In this document: positions 1 to 7,796 of the stretch, piece by piece
How the letters are laid out: the number at the start of each line of letters is the position of its first letter
Numbering within the stretch: the first letter of the stretch is position 1
Assembly (NCBI GenBank): GCA_964399495.1
Contig: CAYNQX010000048.1
Span: forward strand, 8,169 to 21,550
Reading direction: 5' to 3'
Source of the DNA: an uncultured bacterium
Lineage (GTDB): Bacteria > Krumholzibacteriota > Krumholzibacteriia > JACNKJ01
Length of the DNA: 13,382 nt
Notes under the pieces: generated by a model
What the model saw: the letters and a program-made list of their open reading frames with translations, nothing else
What the model was told of the DNA's origin: nothing
Database searches by the model: none
Position numbers and translations under genes: made by a program

Positions 1-517
1 TATTGCCCCGAAAGACCACGCTCTCCAGGCGCGGCTCGCTGTCCCAGCAGGTGATGCCCGCCCCATGGAAGTAGCCCACCTCACCCGGACTGCTGTTCCC
101 GATCAGCCGAAGGTCCCGGAGCGTCGGCGAACCGTCGTAGCACATGACTGCGCCGCCGCCGAACAGACCTCGACAGTGGGTGATCGTGAATCCCTCCACG
201 ATCGACGCCCGGGTCTCCCCGGATTCGAAGACGACGCCCCTGTCGCCCCACTCGGCGTCGATGGTCGTGAGGCCGGCCCCCGCGCTCGAACGCAGCACGA
301 GGTCGACGCCGCCGAAGTTCAGACCCCGGTTCCCGGATCCGGTGTAGACGCCCGGCGCGCAGAGCACGGTGTCGCCCGCCGCGCAGGCGTCGATGGCGGC
401 CTGGATGGTGGGATGATCCCCCGTTCCGGCGGTGTCGACCTGATGGACGACGGCCGCGGAGCTCGTCGCCAGAGCCACGAGACAGAGCGTGGCCGCCGTG
501 AGCGTTGCGGTTCTCAT
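1..517 (-). CDS. Secreted right-handed parallel beta-helix repeat protein, N-terminal part (C-terminus runs off the window start)
   Basis: Minus-strand ATG at 515-517 with GGAG (complement of 524-527) 6 nt upstream. My translation is MRTATLTAATLCLVALATSSAAVVHQVDTAGTGDHPTIQAAIDACAAGDTVLCAPGVYTGSGNRGLNFGGVDL...: a signal peptide, then a TIQAAIDAA-GDTV motif and G-x-N-x-G turns typical of pectin-lyase-fold beta-helix proteins. The frame stays open to position 1. It is absent from the ORF track because no stop lies inside the window. Confidence 0.6.
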   Translation of the reverse strand, partial: MRTATLTAATLCLVALATSSAAVVHQVDTAGTGDHPTIQAAIDACAAGDTVLCAPGVYTGSGNRGLNFGGVDLVLRSSAGAGLTTIDAEWGDRGVVFESGETRASIVEGFTITHCRGLFGGGAVMCYDGSPTLRDLRLIGNSSPGEVGYFHGAGITCWDSEPRLESVVFRGN

Positions 518-567
518 CGAGATCTCCCCGGTAGCGGCAGGCATGCGGAGTTGTGAAGTAACACGGG

Positions 568-596
568 AGTATAACACCCGGAGATGTCTGACTCAA
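568..596 (-). promoter_or_regulatory. Sigma70-like promoter for the beta-helix gene: TTGAGT (complement of 591-596), 17-nt spacer, TATACT (complement of 568-573)
   Basis: On the minus strand the hexamers match TTGACA in 4/6 and TATAAT in 5/6 positions, with an exact 17-nt spacer. The site sits about 50 nt upstream of the ATG at 517 in a locally AT-rich stretch. Confidence 0.45.
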
Positions 597-624
597 AAAA
601 TGAATGTAGAGAGGAGCCGTCGCG

Positions 625-662
625 GGGACACAAAAGGAGAGGGCCCTCTCGGGCCCTCTCCT
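625..662 (-). terminator. Rho-independent terminator for the phosphatase gene (minus strand)
   Basis: Perfect 12-bp inverted repeat AGGAGAGGGCCC (635-646) / GGGCCCTCTCCT (651-662) with a 4-nt loop. On the minus-strand transcript it is followed by UUUUGUGUCCCC (complement of 625-634). It lies about 88 nt downstream of the stop at 750-752. Confidence 0.7.
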
Positions 663-749
663 GGCATCCTTGCTCCGATGATCGATCCATCAGGGTCGTC
701 AAGTCCGGAGGCGAGGTCGGGTTCCCGGCCGTGCCCGAACGAGGCGCCC

Positions 750-1847
750 TCACCGCTTCGCCGCCGCCTTGGGGTCGAGACCGAGTTTCTCGCAGAAGCG
801 GATGAGCGCCTTGGGATGCTTGAACTCCCGCCGCAGGGCCTTGCGGCTGAGCCTGCCCTTGTAGGCCAGCAGCAGCAGGCGGCCGAGCGTGCCGGCGCCG
901 GCCTTGCGACGGAATCGCTTCCGGTGGCGATCGGCGGGCAGGGCCTTGAAGCCCTCCTCGGCGCGCAGCTTGCCGCGGATCTTCGCCTCCCGGCGGAGGA
1001 TCTCGTCCAGCAGCACGTCGAGGGCGGCCTCGGCGCGGCGACGGTACTTGCGCAGCTTCTTGCGGCGCTCCACGAGGCCGGCCGGCAGCGCGTCGAGTTT
1101 CTCGATGCCCCGCACCAGCTTGTCGAGTTCCCGCCAGTCGAGGTCGGCCTGGGCGTCCACGTCGTAGTGGCGGTAGCGGCGGTACTCCTTTCGGAGCACG
1201 CGCCAGTGGTGCCGCGCGGCCTTCACCTGCACGATGCGGAACTCCGGCAGGAGCAGGCCCGTGAGCTTGCCGCCGCGGCAGCAGCCGGTGTCCAGGGCGT
1301 AGACGCGGTCGTCGTGGATGAAGGGGTCGCCGTTCTGGAGATAGTCGAGATGCCCGACGATGAGCGGCTTGTCGTCGTCGTAGAGCTCGTACCAGGGCTT
1401 GTCGAAGCGCTCCCAGAGCCGCGTGAGGCCCTCGGGCATGCCCAGCAACACCTCGGGTCTCTGCTTGCGGGGGCGTCGCCCCGGCTCCCAGAAGCCGTGG
1501 ACCACCCGCGCCTCGGCCAGCTCCTTGCGCAGGGACAGGCCGGCCATGTAGCGGCAGGCGGCGCGATAGTCCTTGCCCGCCCATTGCAGCCGGGCGACCT
1601 CGTGGGAGAAGCCGAGCTCCGCCTGGCCGCGCAGCGCCCGCACATGGCGCTCCTCGTGATTTCCGCGCAGCGCCTCGGCGTTCTCGGTGTCCCGGAAGAA
1701 CTCGAGCACCCGCGGCGAGTCCGGCCCCCGGTCCACGAGGTCCCCCACCGCGAGGATGAGGTCCTCCTCGCCCGGGCCCGCCTTGTCGAGCAGCGCCCGC
1801 AGTTCGTCCCAGCAGCCGTGGATGTCTCCGACGATCAGTGTGCTCAT
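750..1847 (-). CDS. PPP-family metallophosphoesterase (ApaH/PrpE-like Ser/Thr or diadenosine-polyphosphate phosphatase) with a ~140-aa Lys/Arg-rich C-terminal tail
   Basis: The ORF 750-1883 starts at a TTG. An internal ATG (complement of 1845-1847) gives MSTLIVGDIHGC..., placing the GDxHG motif at residues 7-11 as is usual for this family. Motifs GDIHGC, GDLVDRGPD and GNHE are present. The catalytic core is about 230 aa. The tail (RRKKLRKYRRRAEAALDVLLDEILRREAKIRGKLRAEEGFKALPADRHRKRFRRK...) is strongly basic. Confidence 0.85.
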   Translation of the reverse strand: MSTLIVGDIHGCWDELRALLDKAGPGEEDLILAVGDLVDRGPDSPRVLEFFRDTENAEALRGNHEERHVRALRGQAELGFSHEVARLQWAGKDYRAACRYMAGLSLRKELAEARVVHGFWEPGRRPRKQRPEVLLGMPEGLTRLWERFDKPWYELYDDDKPLIVGHLDYLQNGDPFIHDDRVYALDTGCCRGGKLTGLLLPEFRIVQVKAARHHWRVLRKEYRRYRHYDVDAQADLDWRELDKLVRGIEKLDALPAGLVERRKKLRKYRRRAEAALDVLLDEILRREAKIRGKLRAEEGFKALPADRHRKRFRRKAGAGTLGRLLLLAYKGRLSRKALRREFKHPKALIRFCEKLGLDPKAAAKR

Positions 1848-1985
1848 GCGCGAGACTGTGCCGCGAGAAACCGTTTTCGGCAAGAAAGAACCCGACGAGG
1901 CTCCGCGAATGCCCCCGAACGCTTCGCACGGACGTGAGGCGCTTTTCGGGAGCGTTTGCTCCGCCGGGAGCTCGAGTTCTTTTAC

Positions 1986-2015
1986 TTTCTTCGTCCACCC
2001 GGGGGGACGAAGAAA
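1986..2015. repeat. REP-like hairpin, copy a: 11-bp stem TTTCTTCGTCC / GGACGAAGAAA, loop ACCCGGGG; core 14-mer TCCACCCGGGGGGA at 1994-2007
   Basis: The inverted repeat was read directly. The core 14-mer is shared with four other sites in the window. Confidence 0.7.
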
Positions 2016-2041
2016 ACCCCCACCGGATTCGGCGGGGGCTT
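2011..2041 (-). terminator. Terminator-like hairpin plus U-run on the minus strand (copy in repeat unit 1)
   Basis: Stem 2017-2024 / 2031-2038. It forms 8 pairs, including one G-U wobble, on the minus-strand transcript, but has an A-C mismatch on the plus-strand transcript. It is followed on the minus strand by UUUUCUUCG (complement of 2008-2016). Confidence 0.45.
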
Positions 2042-2222
2042 TCGAAACACGCTAGCGGAGGTGAGCGATCGCTCGGGCGCCTCTGAGGGCTCGCCCTGCG
2101 AGCTCGAAGTGAAGCCCGACGACGCTCACCGGAGAGGCTCCGCAAACACTCCCGAACGCTTCGCACGGACGTGAGGCGCTTTTCGGGAGCGTTTGCTCCG
2201 CCGGGAGCTCGAGTTCTTTTAC

Positions 2223-2252
2223 TTTCTTCGTCCACCCGGGGGGACGAAGAAA
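2223..2252. repeat. REP-like hairpin, copy b (identical to copy a, in repeat unit 2); core 14-mer at 2231-2244
   Basis: Same sequence as copy a, shifted by 237 bp. Confidence 0.7.
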
Positions 2253-2278
2253 ACCCCCACCGGATTCGGCGGGGGCTT
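2248..2278 (-). terminator. Probable rho-independent terminator of the C25 peptidase gene (minus strand; copy in repeat unit 2)
   Basis: Same hairpin plus U-run as 2011-2041, located about 94 nt downstream of the peptidase stop at 2372. It is the first terminator-like structure met by a minus-strand transcript. Confidence 0.5.
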
Positions 2279-2371
2279 TCGAAACACGCTAGCGGAGGTG
2301 AGCGATCGCTCGGGCGCCTCTGAGGGCTCGCCCTGCGAGCTCGAAGTGAAGCCCGACGACGCTCACCGGAG

Positions 2372-5300
2372 CTATTTCAGGAGCAGCATCTTCCTCTGAA
2401 TCCGCTCGGCGTCCGCCTCGAGGCGGTAGAAGTAGACGCCCGTGGCCAGGGACTTGCCGTCCTCGTCCCTGCCGTCCCACTCCACGCTGTGATTGCCGGC
2501 GGGCAGGACGCCGTCGCGCAGGGTCTTCACCGCCCGGCCGCTCACGTCGAACACCGTGATCAGCACGTCGCTCGCCTCGGGCAGACCGAAGCGGATCGTG
2601 GTCTTGGGATTGAACGGATTCGGGTGGTTCTGCGACAGGCTCAGCATGGCGGGCGGCGTGTCCGAGGCGGTGCCGTCGGTGATCACCGTCATCGTGATCG
2701 GCACCAGGGTCGTGCCCTCGCCGCTGTGGTTGATCGGCAGCACGTACTCGTGATCGCCGCCGGTCATGCCCGTGGCGTCGAAGCTCAGCGTGACGATCTC
2801 GCTCTCGCCCGAGGCGATGCTGCCGCCGCTCTTGTCCACGCTCAGCCACTGGGGCAGCGAGGCCTGGTCGAGGGCGTAGTACAGCACCGAGCCCTCGTCG
2901 CCCGTGCTGCGCACCGAGAGGGTGCGATCGATGCTGCCGCCCAGGGGCACCGTGAGCTCGATGGAGCCCGGCGTCGCGCCGCCGCGGGCCTGCAGCGCGT
3001 CGTCCAGGGGCAGGAAGCGGATCGCCCGGTTCGCGCTGGGGTTGCTGGCCGTGCCCGGATGCTGGTTCCAGTAGCTGATGAGCAGGCCGTCGCTGCGATC
3101 GAGGTTCTGGATGCCCACGGTCGCGTAGCCGTTGGTGTTGTCGTTGTTGGTGACCGCTTCGTACTGGAAGATGATCTCGCCGTCGCCCGTCGACGTGGGG
3201 TGATGCGCCGGATCGAGCAGGAGCACCTGCACGTTCACCGTGGCATTGGTGGCCTCGTTGCGCAGCTTGCTCCACTCCACGATGTAGCGGTGGTTCGCGC
3301 TGTCGTACCAGTAGTACACGTTGTTGCCGCTGTACTGATAGAGATCGTCCCAGAAGGGGGAGATCATCGCCGGCACGCTGCCGGAGCCGGGAATCGGGTA
3401 GTTGCGGAACTGCACGAGCGAGGTCGTGCCCATGGCCACCCAGCCGTTGGAGCAGATCGAGATCTCGTCGTAGTCCACGCCGTAGTAGCGGAAGGTGAAG
3501 GGCAGGGGCAGCGTGTTCGTGTCGTCCTGACCCCAGCCGTAGTCGCCCAGACCCACGAAGCTGCCCGGGCCGCCCTCGTTGGCCGAGATCTCGACCCAGC
3601 CGTACACCGGCGCCTGCGGATGGCTCGTGTCCGTGCTCTCGAAGGCGTAGTAGCCGTAGGCGTCGGGGCCGGTGGGGTCGCCCAGACTCGCGGTGCCCAC
3701 CTGATACTGCAACTCCACCTCGCTCACGGCCATGCCGTTGTAGCTGAGCACCAGGCTGAGCGCCGCCAGGTGGCCGGGCGGGGTGGCCGAGCTCACTTCG
3801 AGCCCGAAGGGGTCGGAGGTGTTGGTGCCGCTGGCGGTCTGGAACAGGTCCATCCAGCTGCCGGCCGCGTCGGTGACCGTCAGCCAGGGGCTGTGGCTCA
3901 CCAGGGTGGCGCTGATGCCGACCGCGGGGCTCGCGCCTCCGTTGTACAGCTCGACGCTCAGGGTGCCGGTCTCGCCGGGATCGAGGGCGCTGCCCGCGCT
4001 CCAGTCGAAGGACAGGGGCTCGAAGGCCGCCGTCTGCACCGTGATCGGCAGCAGGGAGGTCCAGTCCGATCCACCGCTGCTCGCCGTCAGCTCGAACTCC
4101 ACCACGTGGCCGTCGGGGGCGTCGGCGTCGAGCTCGAAGACGAAGGGGCCGTTCCCGTAGACCTCGGCGCCGGAGGGGATGTCCGCGAAGGTCTGATCGT
4201 CCGCGATCAGGGTGACGTAGGCGTCCGTGCTGCTCAGGGTCGCCGTGACGCCGCTCGCCGTGAGGCCGCCCAGGTTGAGCAGCGAGAGCGACAGCTCCAC
4301 GCGCTCGCCGGGATCCAGGTTGCCGTCGCCGTCGCCGAGGCTCGAGCCGGAGGCGTCGTCATCCAGGGCGTGGTTGGCGAGAGTGGCGAAGATCGCCTGG
4401 TTGGCCAGGGTGATGTCGCCCAGGTGGGCCTGCAGGTTGTGGCCCGTGACGGTCACGAGCAGCGTGCCCGCGGTCTGGCCGCCGGGCAGGGCCAGCAGCA
4501 CGTCGCCGGCGATGTTCGTGTATCCGCTCACGGAGACCTCGCCGTCCTTGAACAGACTCACGCGCGCGCCCGACACCGGCAGGCCGGTGCCCATGACGTT
4601 CACCGGCACCGCGCTCGCGCCCGGAGGCAGGTCGCTCGGGTAGTCGACCGTCAGCGCGGTCGGATAGCCCGTGTACATGTCCGTGGCCGGGTCGCCCATG
4701 AGGTTGTTCCACACGGACCATATCTCCACCTTGCTCGGCTCGGCGAGTTCGTAGGTGTTGTAGAGCTCCAGCTTGCCGCGGGTGTGCGCCACGCCCAGGC
4801 GATGGTCGCTGCCGTTGATGGCTCCGTCCCACACGCCGTAGTAGTAGGTGTTGTTGTAGCGGGTGTGGGTGCCGGTGGTGGCGGTGCCCACCGCGCCGAT
4901 GCCGCCGCCGTTCGAGCCCTTGAGGAAGGCCTCGCTCTGGCAGGTGTTGTCGCTCTTGAAGGAGCCGGTGTCGCAGGTCACGACCACGGCGAAGGGCAGC
5001 TCGTCGCCGTTCTGCAGGTTCTGGATGCTGCCGGAGGTGAAGCCGCTCATGCCCCACCAGCCGCGGTAGCCGAAGACGGTCTGGCCCTGGTTGATGCTCT
5101 GGGTCATCAGGTTCGGGTAGTTGCCGCTCCAGATGGTGTCGACCTGGGTGTATCCCTGGGCCAGGAGCTGAGCCTTCACCCACTGGTTCGACCAGATCGT
5201 CGCGGGACCGGAGCTGGAGGGATCGCCGCAGAGGCCGGCGCGCGTGAACCAGCCGCCGTCGGCCAGGGGCGGGTTCGTCTCGTAGGTGATGATCTTGTCG

Positions 5301-6373
5301 ACGATGGTGTCCAGCTCGTTGAGGCTGCGGTAGGAGAGGCGGCCCAGGTGGACGTCGGACAGGACGTCGCCGCCCTCGAGCGTGGTGTAATAGTGGTCGC
5401 CCTCGCCGCTGTAGCCGGAGAGGCCCTCGTTCCAGGTTCTCACTTCATAGTTGCCGTTGGCGTCGCCGCCCAGGGTGACGAACTCGAGCGGCGGGTCGGC
5501 CGTGTCGTACACGCCCTGGATGTAGCTCTTGATCGAACCGGTCGAGACGCCGGTGGTCGACGTGGGCACCATGATCACGTTGTAGCCCTGGCGCGCGCGC
5601 CAGTCGGCCACGGTCTTCAGCCGCGCGTACACGCCCGAGGTGTTCTCGTAGATCAGCAGCCAGGTGCCGGGACCCACGTTCACGTCGGCGTTGCGGTAGA
5701 GCTCGCTCTGCTCGTAGTTGAGCACGGTGTCGCGATAGAGGCGGTCGAAGGACTCGGGAATGAGGTTGCGCCGGCGCGGCGTTTCGGCCTGGTAGTCGGC
5801 CTCGGAGAAGTCGAGTTCCAGCTCCATCCGCTCGGTGACGACGATCTCGCCGCTCACCGGATCGAAGCTCACGGGCCGGAAGGTCACGGGCACCACGCGC
5901 AGGTCGCGGAAGATGCCGGGCGCGCCGACGCTCACCGCCTCGACGGGCTCGGACGACCGGGCGTAGGCGGCGCGGTCGATGGTGAAGGTTTCGGCATCGT
6001 CGGCCTGCACCGGCAGCAGCCGGTAGCCGGCGTGGCGACGCGTCTCGGCCGCGTTCACGCTGGCGCGCACCGCCGCTCCGGCGGGCAGGGCCACCAGGCG
6101 CGTGATCACCGGAATGCCGGGCGTGCCGGGCGCGCCTTCGAGGCCGCCGCCGGTGAGCGAGAGCATCTGATAGCGCAGACCCTCGACATCGATCTCCTCG
6201 ACGGCCAGGTCGGGCATCGAGAAGGTGATCGCGAGGCGGTCGGACCCGCTGTCCGTCACCTGGAAGGTCGGCGCGGCGGCCTCGGCGGGCGCGCGCAGGT
6301 CCACGGCGCCGGCCGGGACCACGGTGGCGAGAAGGAACAGGACGAGACATAGCTGTAGAGCGATACTCCGCAT
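2372..6373 (-). CDS. Secreted gingipain-like peptidase C25 family protein with CARDB/Ig-like beta-sandwich domains and a T9SS (Por) C-terminal sorting domain
   Basis: 1333-aa ORF, ATG at complement of 6371-6373, with GGAGG 7 nt upstream. Signal peptide MRSIALQLCLVLFLLATVVPAGA. The catalytic-domain region aligns closely to gingipain R as I remember it (VHLGRLSYRSLNELDTIVDKIITYETN ~ VFIGRFSCESKEDLKTQIDRTIHYERN; GYTQ...FGYRG ~ GYTK...NYTG; LPFAVVVTCDTGSF ~ LPFIFDVACVNGDF). The C-terminus NHPNPFNPKTTIRFGLP...VLITVFDVSGRAVKTL...GVYFYRL...KMLLLK matches the TIGR04183-type T9SS sorting domain consensus. Confidence 0.88.
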   Translation of the reverse strand: MRSIALQLCLVLFLLATVVPAGAVDLRAPAEAAAPTFQVTDSGSDRLAITFSMPDLAVEEIDVEGLRYQMLSLTGGGLEGAPGTPGIPVITRLVALPAGAAVRASVNAAETRRHAGYRLLPVQADDAETFTIDRAAYARSSEPVEAVSVGAPGIFRDLRVVPVTFRPVSFDPVSGEIVVTERMELELDFSEADYQAETPRRRNLIPESFDRLYRDTVLNYEQSELYRNADVNVGPGTWLLIYENTSGVYARLKTVADWRARQGYNVIMVPTSTTGVSTGSIKSYIQGVYDTADPPLEFVTLGGDANGNYEVRTWNEGLSGYSGEGDHYYTTLEGGDVLSDVHLGRLSYRSLNELDTIVDKIITYETNPPLADGGWFTRAGLCGDPSSSGPATIWSNQWVKAQLLAQGYTQVDTIWSGNYPNLMTQSINQGQTVFGYRGWWGMSGFTSGSIQNLQNGDELPFAVVVTCDTGSFKSDNTCQSEAFLKGSNGGGIGAVGTATTGTHTRYNNTYYYGVWDGAINGSDHRLGVAHTRGKLELYNTYELAEPSKVEIWSVWNNLMGDPATDMYTGYPTALTVDYPSDLPPGASAVPVNVMGTGLPVSGARVSLFKDGEVSVSGYTNIAGDVLLALPGGQTAGTLLVTVTGHNLQAHLGDITLANQAIFATLANHALDDDASGSSLGDGDGNLDPGERVELSLSLLNLGGLTASGVTATLSSTDAYVTLIADDQTFADIPSGAEVYGNGPFVFELDADAPDGHVVEFELTASSGGSDWTSLLPITVQTAAFEPLSFDWSAGSALDPGETGTLSVELYNGGASPAVGISATLVSHSPWLTVTDAAGSWMDLFQTASGTNTSDPFGLEVSSATPPGHLAALSLVLSYNGMAVSEVELQYQVGTASLGDPTGPDAYGYYAFESTDTSHPQAPVYGWVEISANEGGPGSFVGLGDYGWGQDDTNTLPLPFTFRYYGVDYDEISICSNGWVAMGTTSLVQFRNYPIPGSGSVPAMISPFWDDLYQYSGNNVYYWYDSANHRYIVEWSKLRNEATNATVNVQVLLLDPAHHPTSTGDGEIIFQYEAVTNNDNTNGYATVGIQNLDRSDGLLISYWNQHPGTASNPSANRAIRFLPLDDALQARGGATPGSIELTVPLGGSIDRTLSVRSTGDEGSVLYYALDQASLPQWLSVDKSGGSIASGESEIVTLSFDATGMTGGDHEYVLPINHSGEGTTLVPITMTVITDGTASDTPPAMLSLSQNHPNPFNPKTTIRFGLPEASDVLITVFDVSGRAVKTLRDGVLPAGNHSVEWDGRDEDGKSLATGVYFYRLEADAERIQRKMLLLK

Positions 6374-6441
6374 GGGGATCCTCCGGTATCAACGGGATCG
6401 ATGGGTTGCGGGCCAGGTGGGGTATTCCGCAAATTCGCCCA

Positions 6442-6447
6442 ATTATA
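6442..6447 (-). promoter_or_regulatory. Perfect -10 hexamer TATAAT on the minus strand upstream of the C25 peptidase gene
   Basis: Complement of ATTATA at 6442-6447, about 70 nt upstream of the start codon at 6373. No convincing -35 was found. Confidence 0.35.
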
Positions 6448-6496
6448 CACCATCGAGGGGAATCGCCGATACCCATGATCCCCCCCGCAGAGGGTC

Positions 6497-6524
6497 TTTA
6501 CCCGACCGGCGAGTCTGCTATACT
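6497..6524 (+). promoter_or_regulatory. Candidate sigma70-like promoter for the ACAD operon: TTTACC, 16-nt spacer, TATACT (6519-6524)
   Basis: The -10 matches TATAAT in 5/6 positions. The -35 is weak (4/6). The site is about 50 nt upstream of the ATG at 6575, in the divergent intergenic region 6374-6574. Confidence 0.35.
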
Positions 6525-6574
6525 GCCGCCGATCAACCCCGCACCTTCCACCCATCGAAACTCGAGGACGGATC

Positions 6575-7792
6575 ATGCTGCCCTTCCTGACCGAAGAGAA
6601 TCTCCACTGGAAGCAGAAGGCCCACGAAGTCGCCGAGAAGGTCGTGCGCCCGCTGGCGAAGAAGTACGACGAGCTCCAGGAGTATCCCTGGGAGATCAAG
6701 GACGCCCTGGCCGAGGCCGGCCTGCTCGGCGTCTGGATTCCGAAGGAGTACGGTGGATCCGGTGCGGGCGTGCTCAGCATGTGTCTCGTCGTCGAGGAGC
6801 TGAGCCGCGCCTGCGGCGGCATCGGCGTGGCCTACGCCGTGAACGCGCTGGGCAGCTTTCCGATTCTCCTCTCCGGCACCGAGGAACAGAAGCAGAAGTA
6901 CCTGCCGCTGGTGGCGAAGGGCGAGAAGCTGATCGCCTTCGGACTCAGCGAGAAGTTCGCCGGCAGCGACGCCGCGAGCCTGCGCGCCCGCGCCGAGAAG
7001 ACGGGCGGCGGCTGGAAGATCAACGGCGAGAAGAAGTGGACCACCAACGGCGGCATCGCCGAGCTCTACACGGTGTTCGCCGTGAGCGACCCTGAGAGCC
7101 AGCGCTCCCGCGTGAGCGCGTTCATCGTGGAGAAGAGCGACCCGGGCTTCAGCATCACGAAGGTCGAGGACAAGATGGGCATCCGCGCCGTGCCCGTGGT
7201 GGAGCTGGACTTCGAGGACTGCGAGGTACCCGACGACCGCCTCCTCGGCGGCAAGACCGGCATCGGCTTCAAGCAGGCGATGTCCACCCTCGACCGCGCG
7301 CGCCCCGGCGTGGCGGCCCAGGGCGTCGGCCTGGCGCAGGGCGCGCTGGAGTACGCGTCGGTGTACGCGAACCGCCGCCGCCAATTCGGCCAGAGCATCG
7401 GCAACTTTCAGATGATCCAGGGCATGCTGGCCGACATGTCGTCCCAGGTGCAGGCGGCGCGCTATCTGGTGTACGCCGCGGCGCGGAACATCGACGACGG
7501 GGCCGCCAACATCAGCAAGCTCGCGGCCGAGGCCAAGCTCTTCGCCACCGACACGGCGATGAAGGTCACCACCGACGCCGTGCAGATCTTCGGCGGCTAC
7601 GGCTTCATGAAGGACTACCCGGTCGAAAAGTACATGCGCGACGCGAAGATCACGCAGATCTACGAGGGCACCAACCAGGTGCAGCGCATGGTGACGAGCC
7701 GCTGGGTGATGAAGGAGGCCCGCGAACTGGCCTACCTGAACGATTTCATTCCCGACGAGGTGCAGAAGGGCGTGGATCCCGGGGAGGTCTAG
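6575..7792 (+). CDS. Acyl-CoA dehydrogenase
   Basis: 405 aa, unmistakable ACAD fold motifs, including the C-terminal region YEGTNQVQRMV. It also has an FGGYG stretch, IAFGLSE and the WTTNGG motif. ATG at 6575; stop TAG at 7790-7792. Confidence 0.93.
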   Translation: MLPFLTEENLHWKQKAHEVAEKVVRPLAKKYDELQEYPWEIKDALAEAGLLGVWIPKEYGGSGAGVLSMCLVVEELSRACGGIGVAYAVNALGSFPILLSGTEEQKQKYLPLVAKGEKLIAFGLSEKFAGSDAASLRARAEKTGGGWKINGEKKWTTNGGIAELYTVFAVSDPESQRSRVSAFIVEKSDPGFSITKVEDKMGIRAVPVVELDFEDCEVPDDRLLGGKTGIGFKQAMSTLDRARPGVAAQGVGLAQGALEYASVYANRRRQFGQSIGNFQMIQGMLADMSSQVQAARYLVYAAARNIDDGAANISKLAAEAKLFATDTAMKVTTDAVQIFGGYGFMKDYPVEKYMRDAKITQIYEGTNQVQRMVTSRWVMKEARELAYLNDFIPDEVQKGVDPGEV

Positions 7793-7796
7793 CCTC

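Larger units (their letters stand above)
1897..2370. repeat. Tandem direct duplication, 2 x 237 bp (1897-2133 and 2134-2370)
   Basis: By direct comparison, about 217 bp of each unit are 100% identical (copy 1 from 1917, copy 2 from 2154). Four mismatches are clustered in the first 20 nt of the unit (ctccgcGaaTGcCcccgaac vs ctccgcAaaCAcTcccgaac). The repeat occupies the intergenic region between the C25 peptidase stop (2372) and the phosphatase start (1847). The two small plus-strand ORFs with identical 59-aa N-termini (1956-2174, 2193-2399) are by-products of this repeat. Confidence 0.9.

Noticed and set aside
514-2235. 573-aa minus-strand ORF and overlapping 482-aa plus-strand ORF (489-1937)
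   Set aside because: These are alternative frames over the phosphatase gene and the tandem-repeat region. Both are extremely Arg/Pro/Gly-rich with no motifs. The phosphatase frame carries clear catalytic motifs instead.
1897-2370. Possibility that the tandem repeat is a CRISPR array
   Set aside because: There are only two units, each 237 bp, which is far longer than CRISPR repeats. The units are directly abutting with no unique spacers, and there are no cas genes nearby.
1956-2399. Two small ORFs with identical 59-aa N-termini (MLRRELEFFYFLRPPGG...)
   Set aside because: The identity is a direct consequence of the 237-bp tandem DNA duplication. They use TTG starts without an RBS and run across hairpin and terminator structures, so they are unlikely to be expressed proteins.
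2489-6352. 1287-aa plus-strand ORF
   Set aside because: It is exactly antisense to the well-supported C25 peptidase gene. The product is Ala/Gly/Arg/Val-rich low complexity, typical of antisense frames in high-GC DNA, and it has no recognisable motifs.
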